From a virus, in IMG/VR virus record IMGVR_UViG_3300020371_000004, positions 19,362 through 83,361 of that record: DNA of 64,000 nt; one strand, given 5' to 3'. Below are positions 30,001 through 39,249 of the stretch, in pieces. The notes below the pieces were generated by a model. The model ran no database searches. It was not told the origin of the DNA and saw only the letters and a program-made list of their open reading frames with translations. Within the stretch, counting starts at the first letter, position 1. Every line of letters begins with the position of its first letter. The position numbers were made by a program, and so were the translations under genes.

Positions 30001-33000
30001 GGTTCTCTATTCACCTTCGTATCCAAGACGGAATCCACTTCAGTTACAGAAAAACCACAAGTTCTCTACAAGTTTACTGGTTCTGCAGTCGAGAAGAACA
30101 CAGAATCTTACGTTGGAAAGGGTTCTCTATTTACATTTGTTTCTTCTACAGAATCCACTGTTATCAACAGTGCAGCATCTGGTCTTTTCTCTATCAAAGG
30201 TTCAGCAGAAGAAAAGAATACAGAAGTATATGTTGGAAAAGGTTCTTTGTTCACATTTGTTTCCAAGTCGGAAGCAACTGTTGTTCAAAGCAAAGCTCAA
30301 GGATTGTTCAAGATTTCTGGTGCAATCACAAACGAGCATGTCAGATTCCATCAGTTTGGTACTGGTACATTCTCTACATTCAGTGGAACTGCCTATCACG
30401 AAAGAGTTGCGTTTGATTACAACGAAGATTCTATCGTTAATGTTGACCATGAGAATTATGGTTTCATTACTCAAGGTAGTGCTGACCAACCAATTTCTGA
30501 CTTTGCTAACGACCCAATTAGTCTCTATGCTAATGAGCAGGTCTCTGAATTCGGAAGATTCTCCAATAGAGAAGACTTTGGTCATATCTCTATCGACCCA
30601 GAGCAATCCGTCAACACTCATGGTTGGAATCATATTGATTATGGTTACATTAATACCACGAACAGATTCCCATTCGGTGGATTTACCTTCGACGATGGCA
30701 GTGTTACATCTGCAACTTCCAAGTTACAGGTAAAACTACCTGTCGAAGGACCTGTATTCCAAATCAGTGGTGTTTCGGACAATCGTGTACTACCAGTTAT
30801 TATTGGTGGTGGATTCACCAGACTTGGTGGAGATGCACTTGTCAAGATTACCGCAGTTTGGTACGGATCTGGTTCAGTATTCTCCTTTGTTGGTGGTGCA
30901 GAAGCAACTTCATCTACTGTACCAACAGAAGCACCACTTCTCGACTTCAATGGTACTGCAAGGGAGAGATTTGGAAAGGGCAACTACGATGCCAGTGGTA
31001 CATTCTCCACATTCTCTGGTGCTGGAGAAACTGCAATTATCAGCAACAAAGCAGACGTTCTCTTCGATGTTAACGGTACTGCTATTGAGAAGCATACCGA
31101 AAATTACGTTGGAGAAGGTTCTCTCTTCGGATTTGTCTCTGCTACAGAATCTACTGTTATCAACAGTGCAGCATCTGGACTCTTCAAGTTCCAAGGTGGA
31201 GCAATCGAGAAGAACACCGAGAACTATGTTGGTACTGGTTCTCTGTTTGCATTCGACAGTTCTACAGAAGCAACGGAAGTTCTCAGCACTGCATCTGGAC
31301 TCTTCAAGTTCAGTGGTGCTGCAACCAATGTTCAGGTCAGGTTCCACCAGTTTGGTACTGGTTCACTCTTTGGATTCAATGGTGGAGCAGAGTCTGTCAC
31401 ATTCGACTATAGCTGCCATGGTTCGATTGTTAACATTGGGGCAGATAATTATGGATTCATTACTGAATCTGTTGTTGACCAGACAATTACTGATTATGCA
31501 AATGAGCAGATTAGCACTTATGCGAATGAGGTAGTATCTGACTTTGGTATTGATCCTAATCAGGAATCCTTTGGACATATCTCCATCGATCCTGAGCAAT
31601 CCATCAATACTCATGGTTGGAATCATGAAGATTATGGACTTATCACCGAACCTGAAGGTGGTAATAAGTTCCCATGTGTCCATCTCAAGTTTGGTGGAGA
31701 AAGATTCAACGAATCCAGAGTCTTTGGATATGCAGGTTCTGGTACATTCTCTACATTCTCTGGTGCTGCAGAAGCAAGAGCAATTGTACCTCCTTCTAAG
31801 GGTCTATTTAAAGTTCATGGTTCTGGTGGTATTATTGCTTCCCTATCCCATATTGGATCTGGTGAAATCCACATTGGTGATTCTGGAATTGATAAGTTTA
31901 TCAAGGTTCAATTCTCCCCACCAACCACTGGTGTTCTATTCAAGTTCTCTGGTGGACTGGATGTCAGTGGTGTCAACGAGAGACCATCCGACCTCAAGGC
32001 AACATTTGCAGAAGTTGGACATGCAAAACTCCGCATTGCAGGAGATGCATTTACTACCTTCCATCTTGGACATATTGGAAGTGGTCAACTCGATATCAAT
32101 GGCAATGCTATCGAGAAGCATACCGAAGCATACGTTGGTTCTGGTTCTCTCTTCGCATTTACTGGTGGGGCAGAAAGTTTCACTGTCGATCTTCCAGAAT
32201 TTGCAACTCTATTCAGATTTGCTGGAAATGCAGTCGAGAAGAATACCGAGAACTACGTTGGTACGGGTTCTCTGTTCACCTTTGTTTCCAAGACAGAATC
32301 TACAACTTCTGCGGAACAACCAAAAGTACTCTTCAATATCGAAGGTGCTTCTGTCAACAGAATCCTATTCCATTACTACGGTACTGGAAACTTCTCCACA
32401 TTTGGTGGTGCTGCAGAAGCAAGAGCAGTCACCAAGGAAGCAGGTGGTCTGTTCACATTCAGTGGCAACGCACCAGAATCCATCACTCCAGCACCACATA
32501 TTGGTTCTGGTTCTCTGTTTACATTTGTTGGCAAGACAGAAGCATTTGTCGCAAGCGACGACTTGGTTGCACCACCACTATTCAAGATTGGTGGAGATGC
32601 AATCATTGGATTCTCTCTTGGTATTATTGGTCGTGGTGGACTCGATGTTCTCCAGAAAGTTACCAAACTCGATGTTGAAGGTAAGAACAGATTCGTTGGT
32701 GCTCAAGAAAGAAGAGCAATCAACAATCCTGCTTCTGTACTCTTCAGTATCGACGGAAACGTCAAAATCTTCTTTGTCTTCCAAGAAACTGGTGGTGGAT
32801 TTACCAGAGTTGCTGGAGAAGCATTCACTGAAGTTACACCTAGACATACTGGTCGTGGTAAGACTTCTCTACATGGTGAGGTCACCATGTCTGCTTCCCT
32901 ATCTCATATTGGATCGGGAACAATCTTCGGATTCGTTGGTGGTGCAGAATCTCGTGCAATAGACCTCCCACCACAAAAGGGACTACTCAGATTTGCTGGT

Positions 33001-34155
33001 ACTGCACCAGAAGTTTATATCCGTGGACCAGAACTTGGAGATGTATCTCTCCAACTCAAGTCTTCCGACGTATTTGTCAGATTCAAGCTCAGCCATATTT
33101 CGGATGGTTCCAGAATCCATGTCGATGGAGATGGAGCAGAAGCAAGAGTCAGACCATACGAAGGTTCTGGTACACTCTTTGGATTCAGTGGTGCAACGGA
33201 AGCTCGCACAATCGACCTCCCACCACAGGTTCCAACACTCTTCAGATTTGCTGGAAACTCTGGAGAAAGAGAAACCAATGCACATCTTGGTTCTGGTTCA
33301 CTCTTTGGATTCGATTCTGCAACAGAAGTCAGAGTTGCTTCCCCAGAACTTTCTGGACTATTCAAAGTTCAGGGCACTGGTGCAGAAGCAAAAACCAAGG
33401 TATTTACTGGTTCTGGTGTATTCGATCTCAACACCAAGACAGACGGACTGGATACTCTTGGCAAGCAAGTTTATATCAGTGCTCCAGAATCTACAACTGT
33501 CAATCCACCAGAACATACTCAGGTATTCACTTTCTCTGGTTCTGCTGTTGCTACAGAAGACAGAGCATATCAGGGAACTGGAACACTATTTGGATTTACA
33601 GGAGCAGCAGAATCCAGAGCAGTTGTACCAGATTCTACAGGTCTATTCAAGGTTCAGGGTTCTGGAGAAGAATCCAGAAGCAGAATTTACTCTGGAACAG
33701 GAAGAGTATTTGGATTTACTGGTGGTGCAGAGGCAACAGCAGTTACCGAAAATGTACCAGGTTCTCTCTTCAAATTTACTGGAGAAGTTACTGTTGTTCG
33801 CAGATTCCCACCACATGTTGGTTCTGGAACACTATTCTCCTTCACTGGTGCAACAGAATCTCAAACAATTGCACCACCAGTTGCAACACTCTTCGAGTTC
33901 AACGGAAACGTTGCAGAATCCAGAAGCAGAGTTTACACAGGTTCTGGAACACTCGTTACATTCAAGTCTGCAACTATCGCAAGACGTGTTCCATACGATG
34001 TTACTCAGGGACTTTTCAAACTTGTTGGAGCACTCAACGAATCTTTTGTTCCTTCTGGATACGTTGGTACGACTGGAGTTCAATTCATTGGGGCATCTAC
34101 AGATAGAAGGATTGAATTTGAGTCACCAAAACCAACACAAATATACATCGTCTAA
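27034..34155 (+). CDS. Giant repeat-containing virion protein with N-terminal reelin-like (Asp-box) domain
   Basis: 2373-aa ORF; ~40-aa repeats (EKNTENYVG.GSLF.F) nested in ~333-aa units; EYSTNGGSTW Asp-box domain near the N-terminus. Confidence 0.8.
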   Translation: MALFQYNLGSEIPFSSIDYGFINETPTTPSEDHGDLAVVAQTTIAPDDIVSTYSGSLSTVTITNTGSGVGEFGGFNVARHIKFTGAGTRAFTFAFDTSNREEITFSVIRGTDSNGGELPDSGEDLLFEYSTNGGSTWTGTQVLAAYNDTAFNNLNDVTVTLPTAARVSNAQFRIRQASNSGSNYDQWGVTAVTIGGEILTTEDYGFLTPARQTVPYGRLKIVQEFADDRLLRNSVGGIEFTLGGKANIFTLPIHVGRGFLRLDGKEFTRITLRYIGSGTFSHFGGSAEAVSNATPAQTPLFTVAGVATEKFGKGNYTATGQFSAFTGAAEVVSISGATRQDLFRIRGAAHDTHTENYVGEGRLFAVQGASEAFKVEEKASGLFSFKGTSKETIQSNNVVSVETQISGSGSESITPAVRPGSGEATFSGAITNEHVRFHQFGTGTLSSFSGTAETSNRVVFSYNESSVVNAETLDYGLITEGFADEPISNYANVPISTLANEVVSEFGRYPNREEFGHISIDPEQSIHTPGYNHVDYGYINTTNRFPFGKFQSEDGGDLTYESAQIGIRVRPITPGPTLRLEGTAGIFTLPIHKGEGYFRFEGKSVVRIRAVYYGSGKFSNFGGSAEATSNADSGRKILFRVAGDAHAVVRFVYIGEGSLFTFVSKTESTSVTEKPQALYKFTGSAVEKNTENYVGTGSLFTFVSSTDSTVINSAASGLFTFKGSGIEKNTENYVGQGSLFTFVSKSEATVVQSVAQTLFRFTGAITNEHVRFHQFGTGTFSAFSGTAYHERVAFDYNEDSIVNVRHDNYGLITEGSADQPISDFANDPISLYANEQVSEFGRFANREDFGHISIDPEQSINTHGHRHDDYGYINTTNRFPFGGFTFEDENEGVDTAGIRFQLRAPTSGTELRLQGQAEIYVLPVHIGGGITRFAGDATIRIRAVYYGSGKFSNFGGSAEAISNVDSGRQVLFRVSGDSHNTIRFVEVGTGSLFTFVSKTESTSVTEKPQVLYKFTGSAVEKNTESYVGKGSLFTFVSSTESTVINSAASGLFSIKGSAEEKNTEVYVGKGSLFTFVSKSEATVVQSKAQGLFKISGAITNEHVRFHQFGTGTFSTFSGTAYHERVAFDYNEDSIVNVDHENYGFITQGSADQPISDFANDPISLYANEQVSEFGRFSNREDFGHISIDPEQSVNTHGWNHIDYGYINTTNRFPFGGFTFDDGSVTSATSKLQVKLPVEGPVFQISGVSDNRVLPVIIGGGFTRLGGDALVKITAVWYGSGSVFSFVGGAEATSSTVPTEAPLLDFNGTARERFGKGNYDASGTFSTFSGAGETAIISNKADVLFDVNGTAIEKHTENYVGEGSLFGFVSATESTVINSAASGLFKFQGGAIEKNTENYVGTGSLFAFDSSTEATEVLSTASGLFKFSGAATNVQVRFHQFGTGSLFGFNGGAESVTFDYSCHGSIVNIGADNYGFITESVVDQTITDYANEQISTYANEVVSDFGIDPNQESFGHISIDPEQSINTHGWNHEDYGLITEPEGGNKFPCVHLKFGGERFNESRVFGYAGSGTFSTFSGAAEARAIVPPSKGLFKVHGSGGIIASLSHIGSGEIHIGDSGIDKFIKVQFSPPTTGVLFKFSGGLDVSGVNERPSDLKATFAEVGHAKLRIAGDAFTTFHLGHIGSGQLDINGNAIEKHTEAYVGSGSLFAFTGGAESFTVDLPEFATLFRFAGNAVEKNTENYVGTGSLFTFVSKTESTTSAEQPKVLFNIEGASVNRILFHYYGTGNFSTFGGAAEARAVTKEAGGLFTFSGNAPESITPAPHIGSGSLFTFVGKTEAFVASDDLVAPPLFKIGGDAIIGFSLGIIGRGGLDVLQKVTKLDVEGKNRFVGAQERRAINNPASVLFSIDGNVKIFFVFQETGGGFTRVAGEAFTEVTPRHTGRGKTSLHGEVTMSASLSHIGSGTIFGFVGGAESRAIDLPPQKGLLRFAGTAPEVYIRGPELGDVSLQLKSSDVFVRFKLSHISDGSRIHVDGDGAEARVRPYEGSGTLFGFSGATEARTIDLPPQVPTLFRFAGNSGERETNAHLGSGSLFGFDSATEVRVASPELSGLFKVQGTGAEAKTKVFTGSGVFDLNTKTDGLDTLGKQVYISAPESTTVNPPEHTQVFTFSGSAVATEDRAYQGTGTLFGFTGAAESRAVVPDSTGLFKVQGSGEESRSRIYSGTGRVFGFTGGAEATAVTENVPGSLFKFTGEVTVVRRFPPHVGSGTLFSFTGATESQTIAPPVATLFEFNGNVAESRSRVYTGSGTLVTFKSATIARRVPYDVTQGLFKLVGALNESFVPSGYVGTTGVQFIGASTDRRIEFESPKPTQIYIV
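27640..31690 (+). repeat. Four ~1-kb tandem coding repeat units, with 120-bp subrepeats continuing to ~34080
   Basis: The VRFHQFGTG motif recurs from 28321, 29326, 30325 and 31321 (periods 1005/999/996). EKNTENYVG occurs at 29092 and 29212 (120 bp). Boundaries approximate. Confidence 0.85.
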
Positions 34156-34160
34156 GGTTG

Positions 34161-34167
34161 ATAAATA
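34161..34167 (+). promoter_or_regulatory. T4-like late promoter (ATAAATA)
   Basis: Intergenic, about 22 nt before ATG 34190. Confidence 0.65.
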
Positions 34168-34189
34168 CTTTTATAGAATTCCCTTATAA

Positions 34190-34639
34190 ATGGCAAATAC
34201 TAAACGTGTACAGATCCGTAAGGGTTCTGAGCCAGAACATCAGGCTTTTACTGGTGCTCTGGCTGAAATCACTTACGATACAGACAAAAAGTCCATCAGA
34301 ATGCATGATGGAACAACTTTGGGTGGTTTTGACGTACAAAAATCTAGATACGATTTTTTAAATTCTACCACCACTCTAGTTACTAATGTTAAGTACTTTG
34401 CCGACACCGTGAACGGAGCGTTCTCCGTTACCTTGCCTACCTTTAAGGCAATTGGTGATACTATTATTATAGTGGATGCCGAAGCATATTGGGATATAAA
34501 TAATCTCACGGTGCTAACTCAAAATAATGAAACATTTAAGGATTATACAGGACTAATTGAATCCCCTTTGGTGTGTGATGTTGCTGGTGCGGCAATAGAA
34601 CTTATTTGGGAAGGCAGTTACTGGAGATTAATCGCATGA
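34190..34639 (+). CDS. Fibre protein with Mtd N-terminal-like domain
   Basis: RVQIRKG..EH..FTGA.AEITYDTDKK.IR.HDG.T.GG (major tropism determinant N-terminal-like), followed by a YFADT..GAF.VTLP...GD.I.I.D module. Confidence 0.75.
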   Translation: MANTKRVQIRKGSEPEHQAFTGALAEITYDTDKKSIRMHDGTTLGGFDVQKSRYDFLNSTTTLVTNVKYFADTVNGAFSVTLPTFKAIGDTIIIVDAEAYWDINNLTVLTQNNETFKDYTGLIESPLVCDVAGAAIELIWEGSYWRLIA

Positions 34640-35019
34640 CAATGTTTCTAAGCGGGAGTATGCTTTCTGGCTCTGGTGGGGGCGGAGGAGGTGGAAAATT
34701 ATTTTCTCAGCAAAATGATTTCTACATCCATGCACTCAGAAGAGATGCAGATGGAATGCTTCGATACACCAAAATTAAAACCACTGATTCAGAAGTTGGT
34801 GATTTCCACAGATTGGATGGAACTCCATATCCCGATTTCTTAGATGGTGCTGATTATGTAGAGCAAACTACAGAAGAAAAAACATATACAAACCATCCGC
34901 AAGATAAATACCAACAGTATAGGTTTGATTTTAGACGCATCACTTATTTTATTGATGACGATGGATATCTTGTTGCAAGATTTGGAAGTTATGATTACAA
35001 CACCGAAGGACCTAAGTAA
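34636..35019 (+). CDS. Conserved cyanophage hypothetical (fibre region)
   Basis: ATG 34636 overlaps the upstream TGA and has a GGAG SD; ALRRD.DGML.YTK and YQQYRFD...I.YFIDDDGYLV motifs. Confidence 0.7.
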   Translation: MTMFLSGSMLSGSGGGGGGGKLFSQQNDFYIHALRRDADGMLRYTKIKTTDSEVGDFHRLDGTPYPDFLDGADYVEQTTEEKTYTNHPQDKYQQYRFDFRRITYFIDDDGYLVARFGSYDYNTEGPK

Positions 35020-35034
35020 GGAATTTAACAAAAA

Positions 35035-38000
35035 ATGGCAGACTTTAGACTTGGAAGACTAAAATTCAACTGGAGAGGTGACTGGGCAGCAGGAACCGCT
35101 TACGTCATCGATGACATCGTAAAGTTTGGTGCAAATACTTACGTCTGTACCACCAATCATACTTCCGTCACTGATGAAACTACATGGTATGCAACAGACC
35201 TTTCAAAATGGTCACTTCATACTGAAGGTTTAGTTCAGAGAGGAACTTGGACACCTGGTGTTTACTATAAAATTAATGATGTCGTTGATTACGGTAACAC
35301 TCAGTATCGTGTCACTGCAGGATTCTCCACAAATACATTTGCTACAACATATCTAACTGAGTATCTCAGAGGATTCCAATACGAAGATACTTGGGATAGT
35401 GCAACCGAATACCAACCAGGTGACTTTGTTACCTATGGTGGTTACTCTTATGTTGCAACTAGTATTCATACTAATAAAGTTCCAACTGATTATCTGGCAG
35501 CAGATTGGGATGTAGTAACTACTGGATTTGATTCTGTAGGAACATATTCAACTACAGTTGACTACAAACCAGGTGATGTTGTTCAGTTTGGTGGTTATGC
35601 ATATGTTGCAGAAACAAAGTCAACAAATGTCCATCCAACAACAACACCAGATTGGAACCTTATTGTAAAGGGTATTAACTGGGCTGGTTCTTATCAGACA
35701 GCAACCACTTATGAACTAGGTGATGCAGTTCAAAGAAATAGTAATTCATACATTAGTGTTGCATCAACCAACACTGGTAATGACCCTGCTTCTGACACTC
35801 TAGGTAATTACTGGAATGCTTTAACACAAGGTGCTGAGACAAATGTTCTCACTACTGCTGGTGACCTTTTAGTTCAAGGTGGTGCTGGTGCATCAAGATT
35901 ACCTGTTGGTGCTGCTGGTTCAGTTCTTGCAGTATCTGATTCTGGATATCCAGAATGGCAACCAAATAATGTATCTGAGCAAGTTTTCTATGTAACTGAG
36001 GAAGGTGCTGATAATAATACTGGTGAAAATATTCAAAATTCATTTGCAACATTAGGCAGAGCATTATCTGTTGTAAATGGTGCTGCAACAATTTATGTAA
36101 AAGCTGGTATCTATGATGAAGTACTTCCTTTAACTGTTCCACCTGATGTAACAGTTGTTGGTGATAACATCAGAACAACTAAGATTAGAGCAGCAGGTGG
36201 TTCATCAAATACTTGGACTTTGACTCTAGGACAGGAGTTAAATAATGTTGCATTTGGTTCAGTAATTCAGTTCTCAAATGGTGCTAGATGTACTTACATT
36301 GATAGTAATGCTCATGAAGATGTAATTACTGTAATCAGAAACACTGCTTATGCACCTCCACTAAGTGGAAATTACATTACATATGTTGATAACATTCCAT
36401 ATAGTGGTCCAACAACATATATTAATAGCTACGTCAATGAGACGAATGCTCATACCAAGATGTTCTTGATGAGCGACAAGACTATGCTTAAAGATCTTCA
36501 AATGGAAGGTCTTACTGGATATACTGCTGCTAGTACAGTTAACACTGCATCAGGTTCTATCAATGGAACCACATTAACTTCAAGTGGTTTAATTGATGAC
36601 CATGTAGGAACAACAGTTACTGGTACTAATGTTGCTGCAAATACTAAGATTGTTAACGTATTGAATGCAACAACTGCAGAAGTTAGCATTTCACAGTCCG
36701 TATCTACAACAACTCTTACATTTACTGCACCACCTCAGGATATTAATAATGCACACATTAAGGGTGTATATATTTCACTGAATCCATCATCTCCAATCAC
36801 CAAGTCACCATATATTTCGCAGTGTTCTGCATTCTCAACTGGTGGTGTTGGTGCTATTGTTGACGGTAGAATTCATAGACACTTCCCTGTTGGAAGTGCA
36901 ACCCCTTCTAACAAGTCAATTGTTTTTGACTCCTTTACTAACATCCACGATAACGGTGTTTCATTCTGGGTTACAAACAATGCTGCTGCAGAATTCGTTT
37001 CTTGCTTCAGTTACTATGCTCATATTTCTTATGCAGCAACCCGTGGTGGAAGAATTCGTTCACTTGCAGGTAACTCCTCCTGGGGTACTTACGGTCTTGT
37101 AAGTTCTGGTTATAACTTCGATGAAACTCCAATTACTGGTACTGTTGAAGGTCTACAAGTTAAGTTTGATCCTACCACAATTACTGGTGCTGGTTTTAAT
37201 GAAGGTGGAAGATTTATTGGACAGACTTCTGGTGCAGAAGGATACATCAACTCTTCCCAGACTGATAAACTAATTTATTCTCTCGTTACTGCTGGTCCAC
37301 TTGGACTCGGAACTGGTTTCTCAGTTGGAGAAACAATCCGTGCTGATAACGGCACAACCGCAGATCTTGTTCCTAACACTGACTGTAACACTGGTATTAA
37401 TGGGTTTACATTCCCAATGGCTGGATTACCAGCAGGTATGGAAGACGGTGGTAGTGTAGAGTTCGTAACTGGTAGTGGTAATGGTGGATTTAATAACCAA
37501 GTAATTACTGGTGCTGACCAATTTACTTATGTTGTATCCAACGTTTCATACAGAGCACCTGACGGAAGAGGTTCTGTTCAGGTAAATAGAGGACAACTTG
37601 GTTCTGTTGCTGCTGGACATACTGGTGGTGCTGTTGGTGGAATCGTTGCATATCCAGAAGCTGGAGTTACTGAAACTCTGCTCTCTACTGTTGGAGCTGG
37701 AGATACAACAATCTTCGTTTCATCCACAACTGGATTTACTCAGGGTGGATATGCAAAAGTTGCAGACGAATTGATGAAGATTGTAACTATTGTATCCAGT
37801 ACTTCACTTGAAGTTGAACGTGCTGCTGATGGTTCTGGTGCTGCTGGTTCATATAACAACGGTGCTGCAACAGTTGCTATCGGTGCTTCCACAGTTCTCG
37901 CAGCAGAATTGTTCAGGGATGCAATTAATAGTGATACAGAAATTAGAGTTGATGATGCAAGTGTATTTGGTACAAATCAAATTCTTAAGATTGACTCCGA

Positions 38001-38562
38001 ATTCTTAGATGTCACTGCTGTAAATACAGACACTGTTGGTACTTCAATCGTTGTCCTTGCTGAAGAAAAAGCAGCAAGAGCTTATGATGGTCAGCAAGTT
38101 AAGATTAGATTCCTTTATTCACAAGGAAGATTCACTGGTCATGACTTCCTACAAGTTGGAACTGGTGGAACAACTACAACAAATTGGCCTGGAACACCTG
38201 CTCAGGATCCAGTACAAACCCAAGAAGTTGTCGAAGATTTCCCAGGACGTGTCTTCTATGTTTCTGCTGACTCTAACGGTAACTTCCGTGTTGGTAGATA
38301 CTTTAAGGTTAACCAGGCAACTGGTTCTGCAACCCTGAATGCTTCTGCATTCGACCTTTCTGGTCTATCTTCCTTGAGACTGGGTTCAATTGGTGCTCAG
38401 TTGGGTGCTCAAATTAATGAGTTCTCTACTGATACCACACTCTCTCAAAATAGTAATGAAAAAGTTCCTACTCAAGCAGCAGTCAAGGCATACATTGACA
38501 ATGCAGATACTAGGACAAAGGCACAATCAGGCCGTGATGCGTTCTTCTATGGCATGAGCTGA
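35035..38562 (+). CDS. Tail fibre/spike-like protein: N-terminal W..T.Y..D.V.YGG.Y repeats plus beta-helix region
   Basis: Five to six CBM5/12-like aromatic repeats; FYV..EG.D.N.G....F.T...A...TIYVKAG.Y.E beta-helix entry; C-terminal INEFSTD..L..NS...VPTQ.AVK.Y. Confidence 0.75.
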   Translation: MADFRLGRLKFNWRGDWAAGTAYVIDDIVKFGANTYVCTTNHTSVTDETTWYATDLSKWSLHTEGLVQRGTWTPGVYYKINDVVDYGNTQYRVTAGFSTNTFATTYLTEYLRGFQYEDTWDSATEYQPGDFVTYGGYSYVATSIHTNKVPTDYLAADWDVVTTGFDSVGTYSTTVDYKPGDVVQFGGYAYVAETKSTNVHPTTTPDWNLIVKGINWAGSYQTATTYELGDAVQRNSNSYISVASTNTGNDPASDTLGNYWNALTQGAETNVLTTAGDLLVQGGAGASRLPVGAAGSVLAVSDSGYPEWQPNNVSEQVFYVTEEGADNNTGENIQNSFATLGRALSVVNGAATIYVKAGIYDEVLPLTVPPDVTVVGDNIRTTKIRAAGGSSNTWTLTLGQELNNVAFGSVIQFSNGARCTYIDSNAHEDVITVIRNTAYAPPLSGNYITYVDNIPYSGPTTYINSYVNETNAHTKMFLMSDKTMLKDLQMEGLTGYTAASTVNTASGSINGTTLTSSGLIDDHVGTTVTGTNVAANTKIVNVLNATTAEVSISQSVSTTTLTFTAPPQDINNAHIKGVYISLNPSSPITKSPYISQCSAFSTGGVGAIVDGRIHRHFPVGSATPSNKSIVFDSFTNIHDNGVSFWVTNNAAAEFVSCFSYYAHISYAATRGGRIRSLAGNSSWGTYGLVSSGYNFDETPITGTVEGLQVKFDPTTITGAGFNEGGRFIGQTSGAEGYINSSQTDKLIYSLVTAGPLGLGTGFSVGETIRADNGTTADLVPNTDCNTGINGFTFPMAGLPAGMEDGGSVEFVTGSGNGGFNNQVITGADQFTYVVSNVSYRAPDGRGSVQVNRGQLGSVAAGHTGGAVGGIVAYPEAGVTETLLSTVGAGDTTIFVSSTTGFTQGGYAKVADELMKIVTIVSSTSLEVERAADGSGAAGSYNNGAATVAIGASTVLAAELFRDAINSDTEIRVDDASVFGTNQILKIDSEFLDVTAVNTDTVGTSIVVLAEEKAARAYDGQQVKIRFLYSQGRFTGHDFLQVGTGGTTTTNWPGTPAQDPVQTQEVVEDFPGRVFYVSADSNGNFRVGRYFKVNQATGSATLNASAFDLSGLSSLRLGSIGAQLGAQINEFSTDTTLSQNSNEKVPTQAAVKAYIDNADTRTKAQSGRDAFFYGMS

Positions 38563-38572
38563 GGCTCATGCC
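38551..38572 (+). other. Perfect 9-bp hairpin with the stop codon in its loop
   Basis: GGCATGAGC-TGAG-GCTCATGCC; TGA 38560-38562 is the stop of the 1175-aa gene; no U-tract follows. Confidence 0.6.
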
Positions 38573-38581
38573 TTAGTGGCA

Positions 38582-38613
38582 ATAAATAATTAAACTAATC
38601 AGTTCACTAAATA
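38582..38613 (+). promoter_or_regulatory. Tandem late promoter motifs (ATAAATA 38582-88, CTAAATA 38607-13)
   Basis: Both lie in the intergenic gap before ATG 38639. Confidence 0.6.
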
Positions 38614-38638
38614 CTAGTATAGGAAAGAGTTTTGTAAA

Positions 38639-38956
38639 ATGGCATCTGGAATCTTAGGGCAATCTGCCCCATCAGCAACCACAAACACCACTGTTTATAC
38701 AGTTCCTGCTGCAACCACTTCTGTTGTAAACGTAAACGTTCTTAACAGAGGCACTTCTGCTGCTACGGTACGCATTGCACTTGCTGCAGCATCATCACCA
38801 ACAGATGGTGAGTACATCGAGTACGATGCAATCGTACCTCCAAAAGGTGTACTGGAAAGAACAGGGATTGCACTTAACGCAGGAAAACTAGTTGTAGTTT
38901 ATGCTTCATCTGGTGACACCTCTGTTAATGTGTATGGACTAGAAACCGCTGTTTGA
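38639..38956 (+). CDS. Small conserved virion protein
   Basis: MASGILG...ATT.TTVYTVPA...V.V.NRG...TVRIAL......EYIEYD....GVLERTGI; the same domain occurs twice at the N-terminus of 49344..51167. Confidence 0.8.
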   Translation: MASGILGQSAPSATTNTTVYTVPAATTSVVNVNVLNRGTSAATVRIALAAASSPTDGEYIEYDAIVPPKGVLERTGIALNAGKLVVVYASSGDTSVNVYGLETAV

Positions 38957-38969
38957 TAGGAGAAAGCAA

Positions 38970-39248
38970 ATGGGAAGGTTTTTGGGTTTAGCATCAAATA
39001 GAGGAGCAGGTGGTGGTGGTTCCACACTAGTGGAAGAATTTGACCGTGCAACTGGCATCACAACTGATGCGAGTAACAATGTTACAGCTGTGACATTGGG
39101 TAGTCTGGAATATAGCAACGTATTGTATCATAGTACTCAACCAGGAATTGTTACCTCTTTCACTGAAACGGCAAGTGGAGCATCTAAAGATTATGAAATT
39201 TCATATGATAGTGATTTCCATGTGACAGCAATTACGGAGGTACAGTAA
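38970..39248 (+). CDS. Hypothetical protein
   Basis: AGGAG SD, tight operon spacing, poly-Gly linker then a Thr-rich beta segment. Confidence 0.7.
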   Translation: MGRFLGLASNRGAGGGGSTLVEEFDRATGITTDASNNVTAVTLGSLEYSNVLYHSTQPGIVTSFTETASGASKDYEISYDSDFHVTAITEVQ

Positions 39249-39249
39249 A

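Noticed and set aside
27640-34080. Repeats as a CRISPR array or diversity-generating retroelement TR/VR pair
   Set aside because: The repeats are in-frame coding units differing mainly at synonymous sites, not adenine-specific. There is no repeat-spacer structure and no reverse transcriptase or cas gene in the window, despite the Mtd-N-like domain at 34190.
38560-38589. Selenocysteine readthrough (TGA-GGC-TCA-TGC would give UxxC)
   Set aside because: The hairpin surrounds the UGA rather than lying downstream like a bacterial SECIS, the extension is only 9 residues, and no Sec machinery is seen.
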